A stretch of DNA of 64,000 nucleotides from a bacterium (GTDB lineage Bacteria > UBA8248 > JACPRG01 > G963555815). Positions 39,093 through 49,765 of this stretch are shown in pieces. The position numbers were made by a program, and so were the translations under genes. The stretch covers positions 288,001 through 352,000 of the forward strand of contig OZ244653.1 of assembly GCA_965218795.1 (NCBI GenBank), given 5' to 3'. Each line of letters begins with the position of its first letter. Position 1 is the first letter of the stretch. The notes below the pieces were generated by a model. The model searched no databases, was not told the origin of the DNA, and saw only the letters and a list, made by a program, of their open reading frames with translations.

Positions 39093-40271
39093 ATGGATGA
39101 AATCATGATTCTGGACCGGGCAGAGCGTTTAAAGCGGCTTCCTCCTTATCTCTTTGCCGAGATAGACAGGATGAAGTCGGAGGCGGCGAAGACGGGGTTG
39201 GATATCATCAGCTTCGGCATCGGGGATCCGGATTTGCCCACCCCGCCGCACATCATCGAGGCACTCGAAAAAGGAGCTCAGAATCCCGCGAATCATCAAT
39301 ATCCCTCCTATGAGGGAATGATCACCTTTCGGCAGGCGGTGGCGGACTGGTATATGCAGCGATTTGGCGTAGACCTGGACCCCGAACATGAGGTGCTGTC
39401 CCTCATCGGCTCCAAGGAGGGCATCGCGCATATCTCTCTGGCTTTTCTCAATCCCGGGGATGTGGCGATCATCCCGGACCCTGCCTATCCCGTGTATCAC
39501 GCCGGCGCGGTTTTCGCAGGGGGCGAGACAGTCTCGATGCCCTTGGAGGCCGAGAACGATTTTTTGCCCGATTTGGAAGACCTCAAGCGGAGTGTCCTGC
39601 AGCGGGCCAAGTTGCTGTTCCTGAATTACCCCAACAATCCGACGGCGGCCGTGGCGACGGAGGATTTTTTCTCGCAGGCGGTCGAGTTCGCGCGGGAACA
39701 CGAGATCATTCTGGCGCACGATGCGGCTTATTCCGAAATGTACTTCGACGACGTCCAGACCCGGAGCATTATGCAGACGCCGGGTGCCAAAGACGTTGCC
39801 GTTGAATTCCATAGCGTGTCGAAGACCTACAATATGACCGGCTGGCGGATCGGATTCGTCGTCGGCAACGCGGAGGTTCTCGCCGGTCTCGGGGCTGTCA
39901 AGACGAATATTGATTCGGGCGCCTTCCAGGCCGTGCAAGAGGCGGCGATTGCAGCCCTGACGGGCGATCAGTCCTGTGTGGAGGAAATGCGGTCCACGTA
40001 CGAGAAGCGCCGGAACGTCCTGATCGAGGGATTGCAGTCTCTGGGCCTGGAGGTCAACAAGCCGTCCGCGACTTTTTATGTCTGGTTCCCGGCGCCCGCA
40101 CAGTATTCTTCCATAGATTTCACAGCGCACCTCCTGAAGGAGACGGGCGTTGTCGTGACCCCGGGAAACGGCTTCGGCGAAGCCGGGGAGGGATTCGTCA
40201 GGATGACCCTGACCCAGACCGAGGAGCGAATCCGGGAGGCGCTGGAACGAATCCGGAATGCCGGGTTCTGA
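39093..40271 (+). CDS. dapL: LL-diaminopimelate aminotransferase
   Basis: LPPYLFAEID, GIGDPDLPT, LIGSKEG, NYPNNPT, SVSKTYNMTGWRIG. Near dapABF and lysA. Confidence 0.85.
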   Translation: MDEIMILDRAERLKRLPPYLFAEIDRMKSEAAKTGLDIISFGIGDPDLPTPPHIIEALEKGAQNPANHQYPSYEGMITFRQAVADWYMQRFGVDLDPEHEVLSLIGSKEGIAHISLAFLNPGDVAIIPDPAYPVYHAGAVFAGGETVSMPLEAENDFLPDLEDLKRSVLQRAKLLFLNYPNNPTAAVATEDFFSQAVEFAREHEIILAHDAAYSEMYFDDVQTRSIMQTPGAKDVAVEFHSVSKTYNMTGWRIGFVVGNAEVLAGLGAVKTNIDSGAFQAVQEAAIAALTGDQSCVEEMRSTYEKRRNVLIEGLQSLGLEVNKPSATFYVWFPAPAQYSSIDFTAHLLKETGVVVTPGNGFGEAGEGFVRMTLTQTEERIREALERIRNAGF

Positions 40272-40279
40272 GCGCGAAC

Positions 40280-40792
40280 GTGGCTTTCATGCGCGACTCT
40301 GGCCATGTGGTCGCATTCATCGCAATAGGCTCGAACCTGGAGGGTCCGAAGGAACGCTGCGAGGAAGCCGCGGACCGATTGGGCGCGACGACTGGAATTC
40401 GGGTCGTCGCCCAGTCGAGATGGTATCTTACCGACCCTGTGGGCCCCGTCTTACAGCCGGATTTCATCAATGGCGTCCTTCAGGTGGAAACCCGCCTCGA
40501 CCCGCCGGACCTGCTGGGGACGCTGAAAGAGATCGAGTGCAACATGGGCCGAACGACCGTCGTTCGATGGGGTCCCCGCGTGATCGATCTGGATATTCTT
40601 CTCTATGGGAATGAGGTCCGGACCGAGCCGGATCTGACGATCCCGCACCCCGAGATGGGGAATCGCCGCTTCGTTCTGGCTCCATTGTGCGATCTCGCGC
40701 CGGAAGCGAGGCATCCCGGGACCCGGAAGACGTTTCGGGAAATGCTGAATGCCTTGGGAGACGGGCCGCGTGTCGTCCCGCTTCCGGGCTGA
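40280..40792 (+). CDS. folK: HPPK (2-amino-4-hydroxy-6-hydroxymethyldihydropteridine diphosphokinase)
   Basis: IAIGSNL, QPDFINGV, RWGPRVIDLDIL, LTIPHP, RRFVLAPL. Confidence 0.96.
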   Translation: MAFMRDSGHVVAFIAIGSNLEGPKERCEEAADRLGATTGIRVVAQSRWYLTDPVGPVLQPDFINGVLQVETRLDPPDLLGTLKEIECNMGRTTVVRWGPRVIDLDILLYGNEVRTEPDLTIPHPEMGNRRFVLAPLCDLAPEARHPGTRKTFREMLNALGDGPRVVPLPG

Positions 40793-40806
40793 AGGCCCCG
40801 CAGGGC

Positions 40807-41439
40807 ATGGAATCAACTCGCTACATTGCCATCGAGGGCCCCATCGGGGTAGGAAAGACGACCTTGGCGGAGCGCTTGGCCGAAGTCATCGGCGCGGTGG
40901 TCCTACGGGAGGTTACCGAAGAGAACCCCTTCTTGTCCCATTTTTATCAGGACCCGAAGCGGTACGCTTTCCAGGTGCAGCTTTTCTTCCTCCTTAGCCG
41001 GTACCGGCAACAATTGGATCTCGCCCAGCTGGACTTGTTCCAGCGGAGCGTGGTGAGTGATTACGTCTTTGCCAAGGACCGCATCTTCGCCTATGCGAAT
41101 TTAGACGAAGACGAGATCGTCCTCTACGAGGAAGTCTATTCCCTCCTCCGCGCCCGTATCCCATCGCCGGACCTCGTTGTCCTGCTCCAGGCCGGAACCG
41201 GCGTTCTGATGGACCGTATCAAGAGCCGTCGTCGTGACTATGAGCGGCACGTCACGCTCGAGTATCTGGATCGGATCAACGAGGTCTACAATCGTTATTT
41301 CTTCCGCTACACAGAAACGCCACTCCTGGTCGTCAACACGGATTCCATCGACTTCGTTCACCGACAAGCGGATTTTGATGATCTTGTCCACGAGATTATG
41401 AACTTTATGCCGGGCACAACGATCTATGCGCCCAGGTGA
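40807..41439 (+). CDS. Deoxynucleoside kinase
   Basis: IAIEGPIGVGKTTL, QLFFLLSRY, PDLVVLLQA. Confidence 0.93.
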   Translation: MESTRYIAIEGPIGVGKTTLAERLAEVIGAVVLREVTEENPFLSHFYQDPKRYAFQVQLFFLLSRYRQQLDLAQLDLFQRSVVSDYVFAKDRIFAYANLDEDEIVLYEEVYSLLRARIPSPDLVVLLQAGTGVLMDRIKSRRRDYERHVTLEYLDRINEVYNRYFFRYTETPLLVVNTDSIDFVHRQADFDDLVHEIMNFMPGTTIYAPR

Positions 41440-41526
41440 AGGTTTCGGGGGCTCACCCATGCAGGAAAGGGGTCGGCCGTCCGACGGAGCCATCGAACCC
41501 GCTGAGCCGGGAAGCATGACTGCAAG

Positions 41527-42366
41527 ATGAAGGTCCTGACGACGGCCCGGGAGATGAACCAGACCGTCCTCGCGCTTCGAGAGAAGGGGAAAACCTTGGG
41601 TCTGGTCCCCACGATGGGGATGTTTCACGCAGGCCACCTGAGCCTCATGCGGCGCGCGCGGGAAGAAAACGATGCGGTGATCGTCTCCCTGTTCGTCAAC
41701 CCGACGCAGTTCGGGCCGGGCGAAGATTATGAAAGTTACCCGAGGGAGCCGGAGATCGATCTTCAATTGGCCGAAAGGGAAGGGGTCGCTCTGGTGTTTC
41801 AGCCTTCGGTGGAAGAAATCTATCCTCCTGAAGACCGAACGGTGGTCGAGGTGCAGGAACTTTCCGATTTCCTTTGCGGTGCGAACCGCCCGGGACATTT
41901 CCGGGGGGTTACGACCGTCGTGGCTAAATTGCTGGCGGTTTGCGGCCCGCACCGGGCCTATTTCGGGAAAAAAGACTACCAGCAGTGGGTGATCATTCGC
42001 CGTATGGTATGGGACCTCGGATTGGGCGTGGAAATTGTTGGCTGTCCGATCATTCGTGAGCCGGACGGCCTCGCTTGCTCTTCGCGGAATGCGTATCTGA
42101 ACCCCGAGGACCGCGCCCGCGCTCCGGGTCTTCACCAGGCCCTGGAGCGAATCCGGGCAGGTGTCGCGGCCGGTCAGACAGAAACATCCGCATTGGTGAG
42201 CGACGCCAGAAATATTCTGGAAGATTACAACCTTCGGGAAGATTATTTGGCCGTTGTCGACCCCGAATCGCTCCAGGGCCTTGGCCGAATCCAGGGGCCG
42301 GCAGTTGCCTTGGGGGCCATCTGGTGCGGCAAGGCCCGCCTGATTGATAATGTTGAATTGATTTGA
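41527..42366 (+). CDS. panC: Pantoate--beta-alanine ligase
   Basis: VPTMGMFHAGH, FVNPTQF, RPGHFRGV, FGKKDYQQ, SSRN, RLIDN. Confidence 0.97.
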   Translation: MKVLTTAREMNQTVLALREKGKTLGLVPTMGMFHAGHLSLMRRAREENDAVIVSLFVNPTQFGPGEDYESYPREPEIDLQLAEREGVALVFQPSVEEIYPPEDRTVVEVQELSDFLCGANRPGHFRGVTTVVAKLLAVCGPHRAYFGKKDYQQWVIIRRMVWDLGLGVEIVGCPIIREPDGLACSSRNAYLNPEDRARAPGLHQALERIRAGVAAGQTETSALVSDARNILEDYNLREDYLAVVDPESLQGLGRIQGPAVALGAIWCGKARLIDNVELI

Positions 42367-43062
42367 CCGGGGCGTCGTCGGGGTCCGTACCCCGACCCAT
42401 CTTCCCGCCTGCATTTGAAGCGCACCCATTGGTTTGAGCTTTTTACCCTGCAGGACTCGCCCATTCATGTCTCATATCATGGCGTCCCGGTTTCGGGAGG
42501 GGGAAATTCGGAATGAGTGCGTCCTCGCGCGCTTTTATGTTAGCGGGGTGAAGCCATAGGGCGTCGCCGAAGTCGTCGCTGCAAGACCTGGGTTTTGGCT
42601 TTCGCGGGCGCCGGATTGTATTCTCTCATCCTTACATGGCTCTTCAGCATCTCAACTCCGGTTCCATACGGTTCGTGACACGTCGCGGATGGTCCTTGTC
42701 CCGGCCGGGACCTTTCATTGGGGTCCCGCGCCGGGGAAAGGGTCTACTTTCCCCATCGGCCAAGAATAGCCAATATCGAATAATGTTCCGAGATAATCGA
42801 AGGATTTCGGATAAACTAACTTTCAATGCAGAGTCAGGTCGGAGGGCGCTGTGCAGGCCGATAACCGGAAAGAAGTGAAATTGAAAGGGAACCAGTGAAA
42901 AGCCTGGAGACGGGCCCTGTTGAACCGCCTTGAAGATTCGGCATTTGACATCTTCCACAGGGTAAATATTTTATTTACAAAGCTCATTTTTTTCCGAAAT
43001 AGGGTAGTTGCGGGGGTCATCGTACGCAGGGCCCAATTGCTCATGGATCCGCGAAGAGATAA

Positions 43063-45585
43063 GTGACGGGGTGGGCGGTGAGAAACCTTCGAATCCAATG
43101 GATAATGCTGACCGCAGTGTTGGCACTGACGCCCCTCGGCCAGACAACGGTGTGGGCCCAAGCGGATGATTTCCGATTAGGCCTCCGCGCCCTTGAAGAC
43201 GGGCACCTGGACGCCGCCGTCATCGCCCTTGATACGTACTTGAAGGCCCATCCCCAAGGCCCTCACCGGGCCGAAGCCCAGTTCTTTAGGGCCGAGGCCT
43301 ACCTTGATGAGGGGAAATTCGACGAAGCCCGCGCGGCATACCTGGTGTTCTTGAAAGAGAATCCCGAGCACCCCTATCGATTGGCCGCTCAATACCGCTT
43401 GGGAAAAATTGGAATGGCCCAAGGCCGGATGGGAGCCGCCGCCGAGCACTTCTCCCGCGTTAACGAGGGTCCGCTGGCGGATGAAGCCTTGTATATTCTC
43501 GGAGGAATCCGATTTCGTCAGAAGAAATGGAACGAAACCGCCCGGACTCTTTCAAGCCTGCTGAGGGATCATCCCAAGAGCCGATGGGCCGTTCGGGCCC
43601 GATACGTTCTGGGGATGGCGCATTTCAGGCGGGGAGAGGGGGACGCCGCGGTCAAACTGCTGGAGGCTTATCTTCAGTCTCGGGGTCGGGGAAGGAAGGA
43701 ATCCTTGTGGGCCCACGCTGTGGCGGGAGAGGTTTATCAGCAGCGGGGGAAATGCGATACGGCAAAGCGGCACTTTGAGGTTGTCTTGAGAGAAGATATC
43801 CGATTTCCCCCGCGAGCGGGATCGGTGTTGGCGCTTGCCGAGTGCTACTATGAGAAAAAGGATTATATCTCCGCCGCGAAACAGTACGACCGCTATCTTC
43901 AGGACTACGGAGAATCTCCGCAATCCGCCCTGGCCCGAATTCGGGCGGGTCACAGCCACCTCTTGGCGGGGAAGCATGAAAAGGCTCTTGAGAACCTTCA
44001 GCAGGTCAAGAAAGAAGAAGTTCCGGACGACTACGGACAATGGGTGATGTACTGGACCGCCCGGTCCCAGGACCTTTCCGGTGATCAGGACTCGGCCCTC
44101 AAAAGCTATGAAGCCCTCACCGCCTCCTACCCGCAGGGCGTCCCCGCTTTGAACGCCGCCGCCAAGGCGGCTGCGATGCGTCTTTCGAGGCGGGAATACA
44201 AGGCGGCCATTGAGCACTTGGCCGTTCTCAGAAAATCGAATGTTCACGCCCAGGCGAATTGGGCCTTACGGATGACGGGTGAGTCCCAGTACGGGCTTGG
44301 ACGGTACGATGAGGCCTTCACCACGTTCGAGGAGGTGCTGCCCGAGGTTCGCGAGGAGCAGGTCCGAAAGGATATCCTGCGCAAACTTGCCATCTCGGCC
44401 TTTCGCACAAAGAGGAACCCGGAAGCCCTCCGGTACCTGAACCGTTGGCTGGAAACCGAGGGGACCGGATCGGACAATGGGAATCGGGAATGGCCCTCCC
44501 GCCGGTTTGAAGCCCTGAACTTTCTGGCCATTGTTCAGACTCGGATGGGTATGCTCAATGAGGTGGCCGAGACCTGGCGGAATCTGGAAGCCGAAGTCCC
44601 CGACGGCTGGGACGAGAAGAGCCGGGCCCAAAAGGCCGAGTTCTCCGCCAACCGCGGTCTGGTGCTGTTCCGTCAGAAAGAATACTTCAGCGCCGATGAC
44701 CAATTCCGCGAGTGGCTCAACCGATATCCAGCGGAAAAGGACCGGCCGAAAGTCCTCCTTCATCTTGGATTGGCGGCGCTTCAAATCGGAAAGAATTCCG
44801 ATGCGGTCGGACACCTGAAGACGTTTCTGAAGGAGAACCCGGACCATCAGAGCGCGCGGGAAGCCCTCTATGCGGTGGCGCTTGGGGCGCTTCGCACGAA
44901 CGATTACGTCACCTCGTCCGAACTGTTGACCCAATGGGTGGACGAAGCCGGGAAACAAACCGAGCCGAACAGGCTGAAAGAAGGTTGGTTTCTTCTGGCC
45001 GCTTCGCGGTTCGCCTCGGCGGATTGGAAAGGAGCCGCCAAGGCCTATCATCGAATCCTGAACCGTTATCCCTCCGAGAAGCGGCGCAAGATGGTCCTAG
45101 GGAAATTGGAGATCATTTACGGTAACTTGACCGATAAGGACGGGGTCGAGGCCACACTTCGGTGGATGGACGTCCATGCGTCCCGATTTGATCAGAAAGA
45201 GGAGATGTTTCTCCGTCTGGGCAAGAAGCGTCTCGCGCTGAAAGGGGGCGACCGCGCTTCGGAGTATTTTCAAGTGGCGGCCGGTTCCAAGGATCCCGCA
45301 ATCAATGGGGATGCGAGCTTCCGGTTGGCCCGGATATTGGTAGACCGGGGGGACCATCAGGAGGCGCTGCGACTACTTGAAGAGATCCCCGAGGTCGTGT
45401 TCAAGGCCGCCGATTGGCGGGCGGAGGCGGAATTTCTCCGGGGCGTTGCCTACGAGGCGCGCAAGAATTGGGACAAAGCCGTCAATGCTTACCGAGTGGC
45501 GGCCCGGCAGACTTCCAGCCCCGATATCGCCGGGGAGGCGCTTCGGCGAATGGGCAAGATCGAAACGGTCCGGTGGAAACAATGA
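43063..45585 (+). CDS. Exported tetratricopeptide repeat protein
   Basis: Signal peptide followed by many TPR units (e.g. YLKAHPQGPHRAEAQFFRAEAY). Confidence 0.88.
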   Translation: MTGWAVRNLRIQWIMLTAVLALTPLGQTTVWAQADDFRLGLRALEDGHLDAAVIALDTYLKAHPQGPHRAEAQFFRAEAYLDEGKFDEARAAYLVFLKENPEHPYRLAAQYRLGKIGMAQGRMGAAAEHFSRVNEGPLADEALYILGGIRFRQKKWNETARTLSSLLRDHPKSRWAVRARYVLGMAHFRRGEGDAAVKLLEAYLQSRGRGRKESLWAHAVAGEVYQQRGKCDTAKRHFEVVLREDIRFPPRAGSVLALAECYYEKKDYISAAKQYDRYLQDYGESPQSALARIRAGHSHLLAGKHEKALENLQQVKKEEVPDDYGQWVMYWTARSQDLSGDQDSALKSYEALTASYPQGVPALNAAAKAAAMRLSRREYKAAIEHLAVLRKSNVHAQANWALRMTGESQYGLGRYDEAFTTFEEVLPEVREEQVRKDILRKLAISAFRTKRNPEALRYLNRWLETEGTGSDNGNREWPSRRFEALNFLAIVQTRMGMLNEVAETWRNLEAEVPDGWDEKSRAQKAEFSANRGLVLFRQKEYFSADDQFREWLNRYPAEKDRPKVLLHLGLAALQIGKNSDAVGHLKTFLKENPDHQSAREALYAVALGALRTNDYVTSSELLTQWVDEAGKQTEPNRLKEGWFLLAASRFASADWKGAAKAYHRILNRYPSEKRRKMVLGKLEIIYGNLTDKDGVEATLRWMDVHASRFDQKEEMFLRLGKKRLALKGGDRASEYFQVAAGSKDPAINGDASFRLARILVDRGDHQEALRLLEEIPEVVFKAADWRAEAEFLRGVAYEARKNWDKAVNAYRVAARQTSSPDIAGEALRRMGKIETVRWKQ

Positions 45586-48500
45586 GCCTGCGCGCGCAGA
45601 TCCTTCGGTCATGGATGTTCGCAGCCGCCTTTTGGGCGGCATGCGTCCCGGCCGGCGGGCAGGCGCAGACGGGAAATCTCGGTCTGAAGATCCCGGAGGT
45701 TGTCATTGTCGGGGGGGATGTCCCCGTCATTCGGGGCAAAAGACCGGTTCGTCCCGTCCCGGAGAAGCTCCCGCCGGCCCGCTGGTTGGAGCCCCTCTCC
45801 GCAGAAGCGAGAGTCCCCGCTCTTCAACCCCAGCTGTTCGAGCCCGGGCCCCCGTCGGTCCGTCGCCCGGCAAAACCCGATGACTGCTATGCCGACGTGT
45901 TGCCGTCCGGGGCTCTCGTACGGGAGGAAGGCGCAGCGGCCTACTTTCGGGCAGGGTACCTCGCGTTTCTCTCAAACCGAACGGCTGAGGCGGAGGAACG
46001 TTTTCGGGCAGGATTGAAAGCCAATCCCGATTCAGTCTCCACATCCTTTCTGGGTTATTGGCTCGGGGAGAGCCTGCTCCGCCGCAAGGCGGAAGAGCAG
46101 GCCCGGGCGGTCTGGCGCCGTGTCGCCGATGAGCCGGCGGGACCCTATGCGGGAACCGCTGCCTATCGGCTGGGTCTGCTGGCCTACGGCGGTCGGGATT
46201 ATGTCGAAGCCCTGAAGTGGATGGAGCGGGTGGCCGCCCGGTTCCCTGGTCATCCTCACACGGCGGAGGCTCACCTCGCTGCGGCGGAACTCTCCCTGCG
46301 GATGAACGACCTGCCGCGGGCGTCGTGGCATTTTGCCGGTGCCCGCGATGCGGCGGATGGAAACACGGCGGATCTGCAAAGGACGGCATTGCTTCGAGGG
46401 GGCCTGACGTATTACCGGTTGGGACGGTATGAAGAGGCTCCCCCGATGCTCCAAGCCTATCTCAAGCTGGGCGGTACGGACATGGAGGGCCTACGCTCCG
46501 CCGGCATTGCGCTGGGATGGTCTCATTATTTCAACCGGCGGTACGGCGAGGCAGTCCGGTCCTTCCGGGAGGCGGCCGAGACGAGCGCGGTGGCCTCTCA
46601 CCGTGGGGCGAAGTCGGAGGTTTTATTCGGCTGGTTGATGAGCGCCGTTTCGCAGGACGAAGAGAATGAGGTCCGGGCGGCGTGGGATCGATTCGATGCC
46701 GACCGGCCCTCGGGAAGCAGTTTTCTTCAGGGCGCGTTGAGGTTTGCGGGATGGCAATTTCGTAAGGGGCGGTATCGGGAGAGCGCCGAAACGATTCAGA
46801 AGGCCATACAGAACGCGGGGGGGCGGGGAACGCCGGTGAAAGCGGACCCTGCCGGCCTGCTGGCTCGGGCCCGTCTCCTCCTGGCCCATAGTTTCTACAA
46901 CGTGGATGGTCAGCGAAGCCAAGCCGCCGCGGTCTTCGAGTCACTGACGGGTTCGGGTGATGCAATGTCGGGTTCACTCCCGAAAGCGCTCGGAGCCGGA
47001 GCCTCTTATGGACTCATGCTCTCTCGACTGGGGACCGGCGGGCTCGGCGGAGCGGCTGCCGCCGCGGATGATTTTCTAACCAAGTTCCCCAAGGACGGGA
47101 GGGCCCCCGATGTCCACTTCTGGAAAGGGGAGGCCCTCCTCCGACTCAATCGTTTGGCGGAAGCCAGGGAAGCGTTCGGCAAGATCCCCCCAAATCATGC
47201 GATTGGACCGTTGGCCGCCCTTGAGCGCGCCTATACGTACTATGAAGAAGGCCTCTGGAAAGAGGCCATTCCCGCCTTTGCCGAATCGGCGAGGCTTCTT
47301 CGGGAGAATCCCGGCTTAAGGGCGGAGGCGATGGCCCGCGAAGCGGACGCCCGTTACAACACGCAGGATTACATCGGGGCAGAAGAATTGTACCGAAGCG
47401 TTCTGAAGGATTCTCCGGCGGGCCCTGCTGCGGAATCAGCCGCGCTGCATTTGGGCGAGTTGAGGTTTCACCAAACGGAGTATGAAGAGGCCGAGGCCGC
47501 TTTTTCCGAGTTTCTACGGCGTTGGCCGAAAAGCTCCCGCGCGGATGAGGCGCAGTACTGGAAAGGGTTGAGCCGAATTCGTCAGGGCCGCTTCGCTCTG
47601 GCCCGGGTGTCGCTGTCGCGCCTCGTTCGCGATTATCCGAAGAGCCGGTTCCTCACGTCCGCCCAGTTGCAGATCGGCCATGCCTACTACAACGAAGGCC
47701 GGTTCGATGACGCCGCGGCCACCTACAATCGCGTTCTCTCCCGCAATCCGTCCGTCACGGAGGCGCACGAGGCGAGGTATGGGATCGTCCTGACCCAGAT
47801 GGTGTCGGGAAGCACCGAAAAATTTATCGACGACGTGCGCGAATTCATCGATAAGGAGCCCGACAGCGAGCTCGTGGCAACGCTTGAGTTCCAGGTTGCG
47901 GAGATCTATCTCGCCCAAAGACGACACCGAGACGCGCTGGCGTCCTATGTCCGGGTCCTCATGAGGGGAGGACAGGAGTCCGACGTCGCTCTCTTTCGCA
48001 TCGGCGAGATTAAGCGCCTGGAGAAAAAGCCCGACGAAGCCGTGGAGTATTTTCACGATTTGCTGGAGCGGTTCCCGGAAAGCCGTATCCGGGCGGACGC
48101 GCGGTACCAGTTGGCCGAGTCGCTCGAGGCGTCCGGGGATTGCGAACAGGCGCTTGGCGAATACCGCGTTTTCCTTGCGCAAAACCCCGGACATTCTCTG
48201 GCGGGGCGGGCCCGGTACCGGGGGGGTATCTGTGCAAACCGGCTCAAGAACGACGATGCTGCCGTACAGCTCTTCTCGGAAGTCCTCCGGAGCGGGGAAT
48301 CGCCGGAGCTGATGGCCAGAAGCCGTTACGAGCTGGGGCGAATCGAGAAAAAGAGAGGGCATTTCAAACTGGCCCTGGAACATATCGAGGCCGCTCTCAA
48401 GGCGGGGACAATCCCGAATTCGGGCGGAGAGTTGCAGTTCGAAGTGGGGAGCCTGCGGGAAACCCTCAAGCAGTATCCGCAGGCCGTGGTAGAATATTTG

Positions 48501-48728
48501 AAGGTCATCTACTTGTATCCTCAGGAAAAGAAGCTCGGAAACCGCGCCCGGCTGAAGGTGGCGGGAATCTACGAAAAACAGGGAAAGTTCAAGCAGGCCG
48601 TGAGTCTATACCGGAAAGTGAAGAAGGGAGCGACTGAAGTGCCCGTCCGCGAGCAGGCCCGGAAACGGCTTCTCTTACTTCGTCGCCCGCAGGGAAAGTC
48701 CGCAGAGCCGTCGGAGTCGCGTCCATGA
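45582..48728 (+). CDS. Exported tetratricopeptide repeat protein (about 1048 aa)
   Basis: ATGA overlap with the upstream gene, signal peptide, Pro-rich linker, then TPRs of CpoB/BamD style. Confidence 0.88.
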   Translation: MSLRAQILRSWMFAAAFWAACVPAGGQAQTGNLGLKIPEVVIVGGDVPVIRGKRPVRPVPEKLPPARWLEPLSAEARVPALQPQLFEPGPPSVRRPAKPDDCYADVLPSGALVREEGAAAYFRAGYLAFLSNRTAEAEERFRAGLKANPDSVSTSFLGYWLGESLLRRKAEEQARAVWRRVADEPAGPYAGTAAYRLGLLAYGGRDYVEALKWMERVAARFPGHPHTAEAHLAAAELSLRMNDLPRASWHFAGARDAADGNTADLQRTALLRGGLTYYRLGRYEEAPPMLQAYLKLGGTDMEGLRSAGIALGWSHYFNRRYGEAVRSFREAAETSAVASHRGAKSEVLFGWLMSAVSQDEENEVRAAWDRFDADRPSGSSFLQGALRFAGWQFRKGRYRESAETIQKAIQNAGGRGTPVKADPAGLLARARLLLAHSFYNVDGQRSQAAAVFESLTGSGDAMSGSLPKALGAGASYGLMLSRLGTGGLGGAAAAADDFLTKFPKDGRAPDVHFWKGEALLRLNRLAEAREAFGKIPPNHAIGPLAALERAYTYYEEGLWKEAIPAFAESARLLRENPGLRAEAMAREADARYNTQDYIGAEELYRSVLKDSPAGPAAESAALHLGELRFHQTEYEEAEAAFSEFLRRWPKSSRADEAQYWKGLSRIRQGRFALARVSLSRLVRDYPKSRFLTSAQLQIGHAYYNEGRFDDAAATYNRVLSRNPSVTEAHEARYGIVLTQMVSGSTEKFIDDVREFIDKEPDSELVATLEFQVAEIYLAQRRHRDALASYVRVLMRGGQESDVALFRIGEIKRLEKKPDEAVEYFHDLLERFPESRIRADARYQLAESLEASGDCEQALGEYRVFLAQNPGHSLAGRARYRGGICANRLKNDDAAVQLFSEVLRSGESPELMARSRYELGRIEKKRGHFKLALEHIEAALKAGTIPNSGGELQFEVGSLRETLKQYPQAVVEYLKVIYLYPQEKKLGNRARLKVAGIYEKQGKFKQAVSLYRKVKKGATEVPVREQARKRLLLLRRPQGKSAEPSESRP

Positions 48729-49324
48729 TCGAGTTCCTGATAGGCGGCGGGCTGTTGATGATCCCAATAGTTTTCTGTTCCGTCGTGGCTCTGGGGATCG
48801 TCATCGAGCGGCTTTTCAACCTGCGGGCCAGCCGGATCATCCGTACGGACGTGATGGAAGAGGTGGAATCCATGCTCCGGGAAAGGCGGATCCCCGACGC
48901 CAGCATGATCCTCCGGCGGACTTCTTCGGTATTGTCGCGAATTCTTCTCGTGGTCATCTTGAACCATGAAAAGGATCGCGCCGAGATCAAGGAGTTAATC
49001 GAAGACGCGGGACGGCAAGAAATCCCGGTTCTCGAGCGTTACCTGAACCTTTTGGGGACGCTGGCCGGAATCACGCCACTGTTGGGTCTTCTCGGAACCG
49101 TTACGGGGATGATTCGCGTATTCGAGGTGATCTCGGCCGCCGGTGTGGGCCATCCCACCGCTCTGGCAGGGGGCATCTCCGAAGCGCTGATTACGACGGC
49201 GGCGGGGCTCACGGTGGCGATTCCCGCGTTGGTGTTCCACAGCTATTTTGTGAACAAGGCGGACAGTATGGTTTTGGAGATGGAGAAACATTCCCTCCGG
49301 CTCCTGGAAATCCTGAAGCGGTAG
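48725..49324 (+). CDS. exbB: MotA/TolQ/ExbB proton channel protein
   Basis: PLLGLLGTVTGMI, GISEALITTAAGL. Confidence 0.92.
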   Translation: MIEFLIGGGLLMIPIVFCSVVALGIVIERLFNLRASRIIRTDVMEEVESMLRERRIPDASMILRRTSSVLSRILLVVILNHEKDRAEIKELIEDAGRQEIPVLERYLNLLGTLAGITPLLGLLGTVTGMIRVFEVISAAGVGHPTALAGGISEALITTAAGLTVAIPALVFHSYFVNKADSMVLEMEKHSLRLLEILKR

Positions 49325-49348
49325 CTTCGCTTTCCCCCCGAGGCGACC

Positions 49349-49765
49349 ATGCAATTTCGCCGGAAAAGACGGCATACAGTCATCCCCAACCTTCTTCCAC
49401 TCATTGACGTTGTCCTGCTCCTGCTGATCTTTTTCATGATTTCCTCCACCTTCGTCGTCCAGCCGGGAATCCGCATCAACCTGCCGAAGTCCAGCATCGC
49501 GGAGCGGAAAGAGATTGAGGACGTTACGCTGGTCCTCACGAAGGATGAGGCGCTCTTTCTGAACAACGAAAAAGTGTCCATCCCGGCCTTGTGGGGACGG
49601 CTGGTCGATATCTTCCGGAGACGGCCCAACTTCATGCTCGTCATCAAGGCGGACAAGGAGGTGACCCATGGGCGCGTGGTGGAGGTGATGGACATCGCCA
49701 AACAGGCGGGCGTAAACCGCTTGGCCATCGCCACACAGCCCAAACCGAGAAAGGCCGCACCTTGA
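49349..49765 (+). CDS. exbD: ExbD/TolR protein
   Basis: NLLPLIDVVLLLLIFFMI, IKAD..V.HG.VV.VMD. Confidence 0.93.
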   Translation: MQFRRKRRHTVIPNLLPLIDVVLLLLIFFMISSTFVVQPGIRINLPKSSIAERKEIEDVTLVLTKDEALFLNNEKVSIPALWGRLVDIFRRRPNFMLVIKADKEVTHGRVVEVMDIAKQAGVNRLAIATQPKPRKAAP

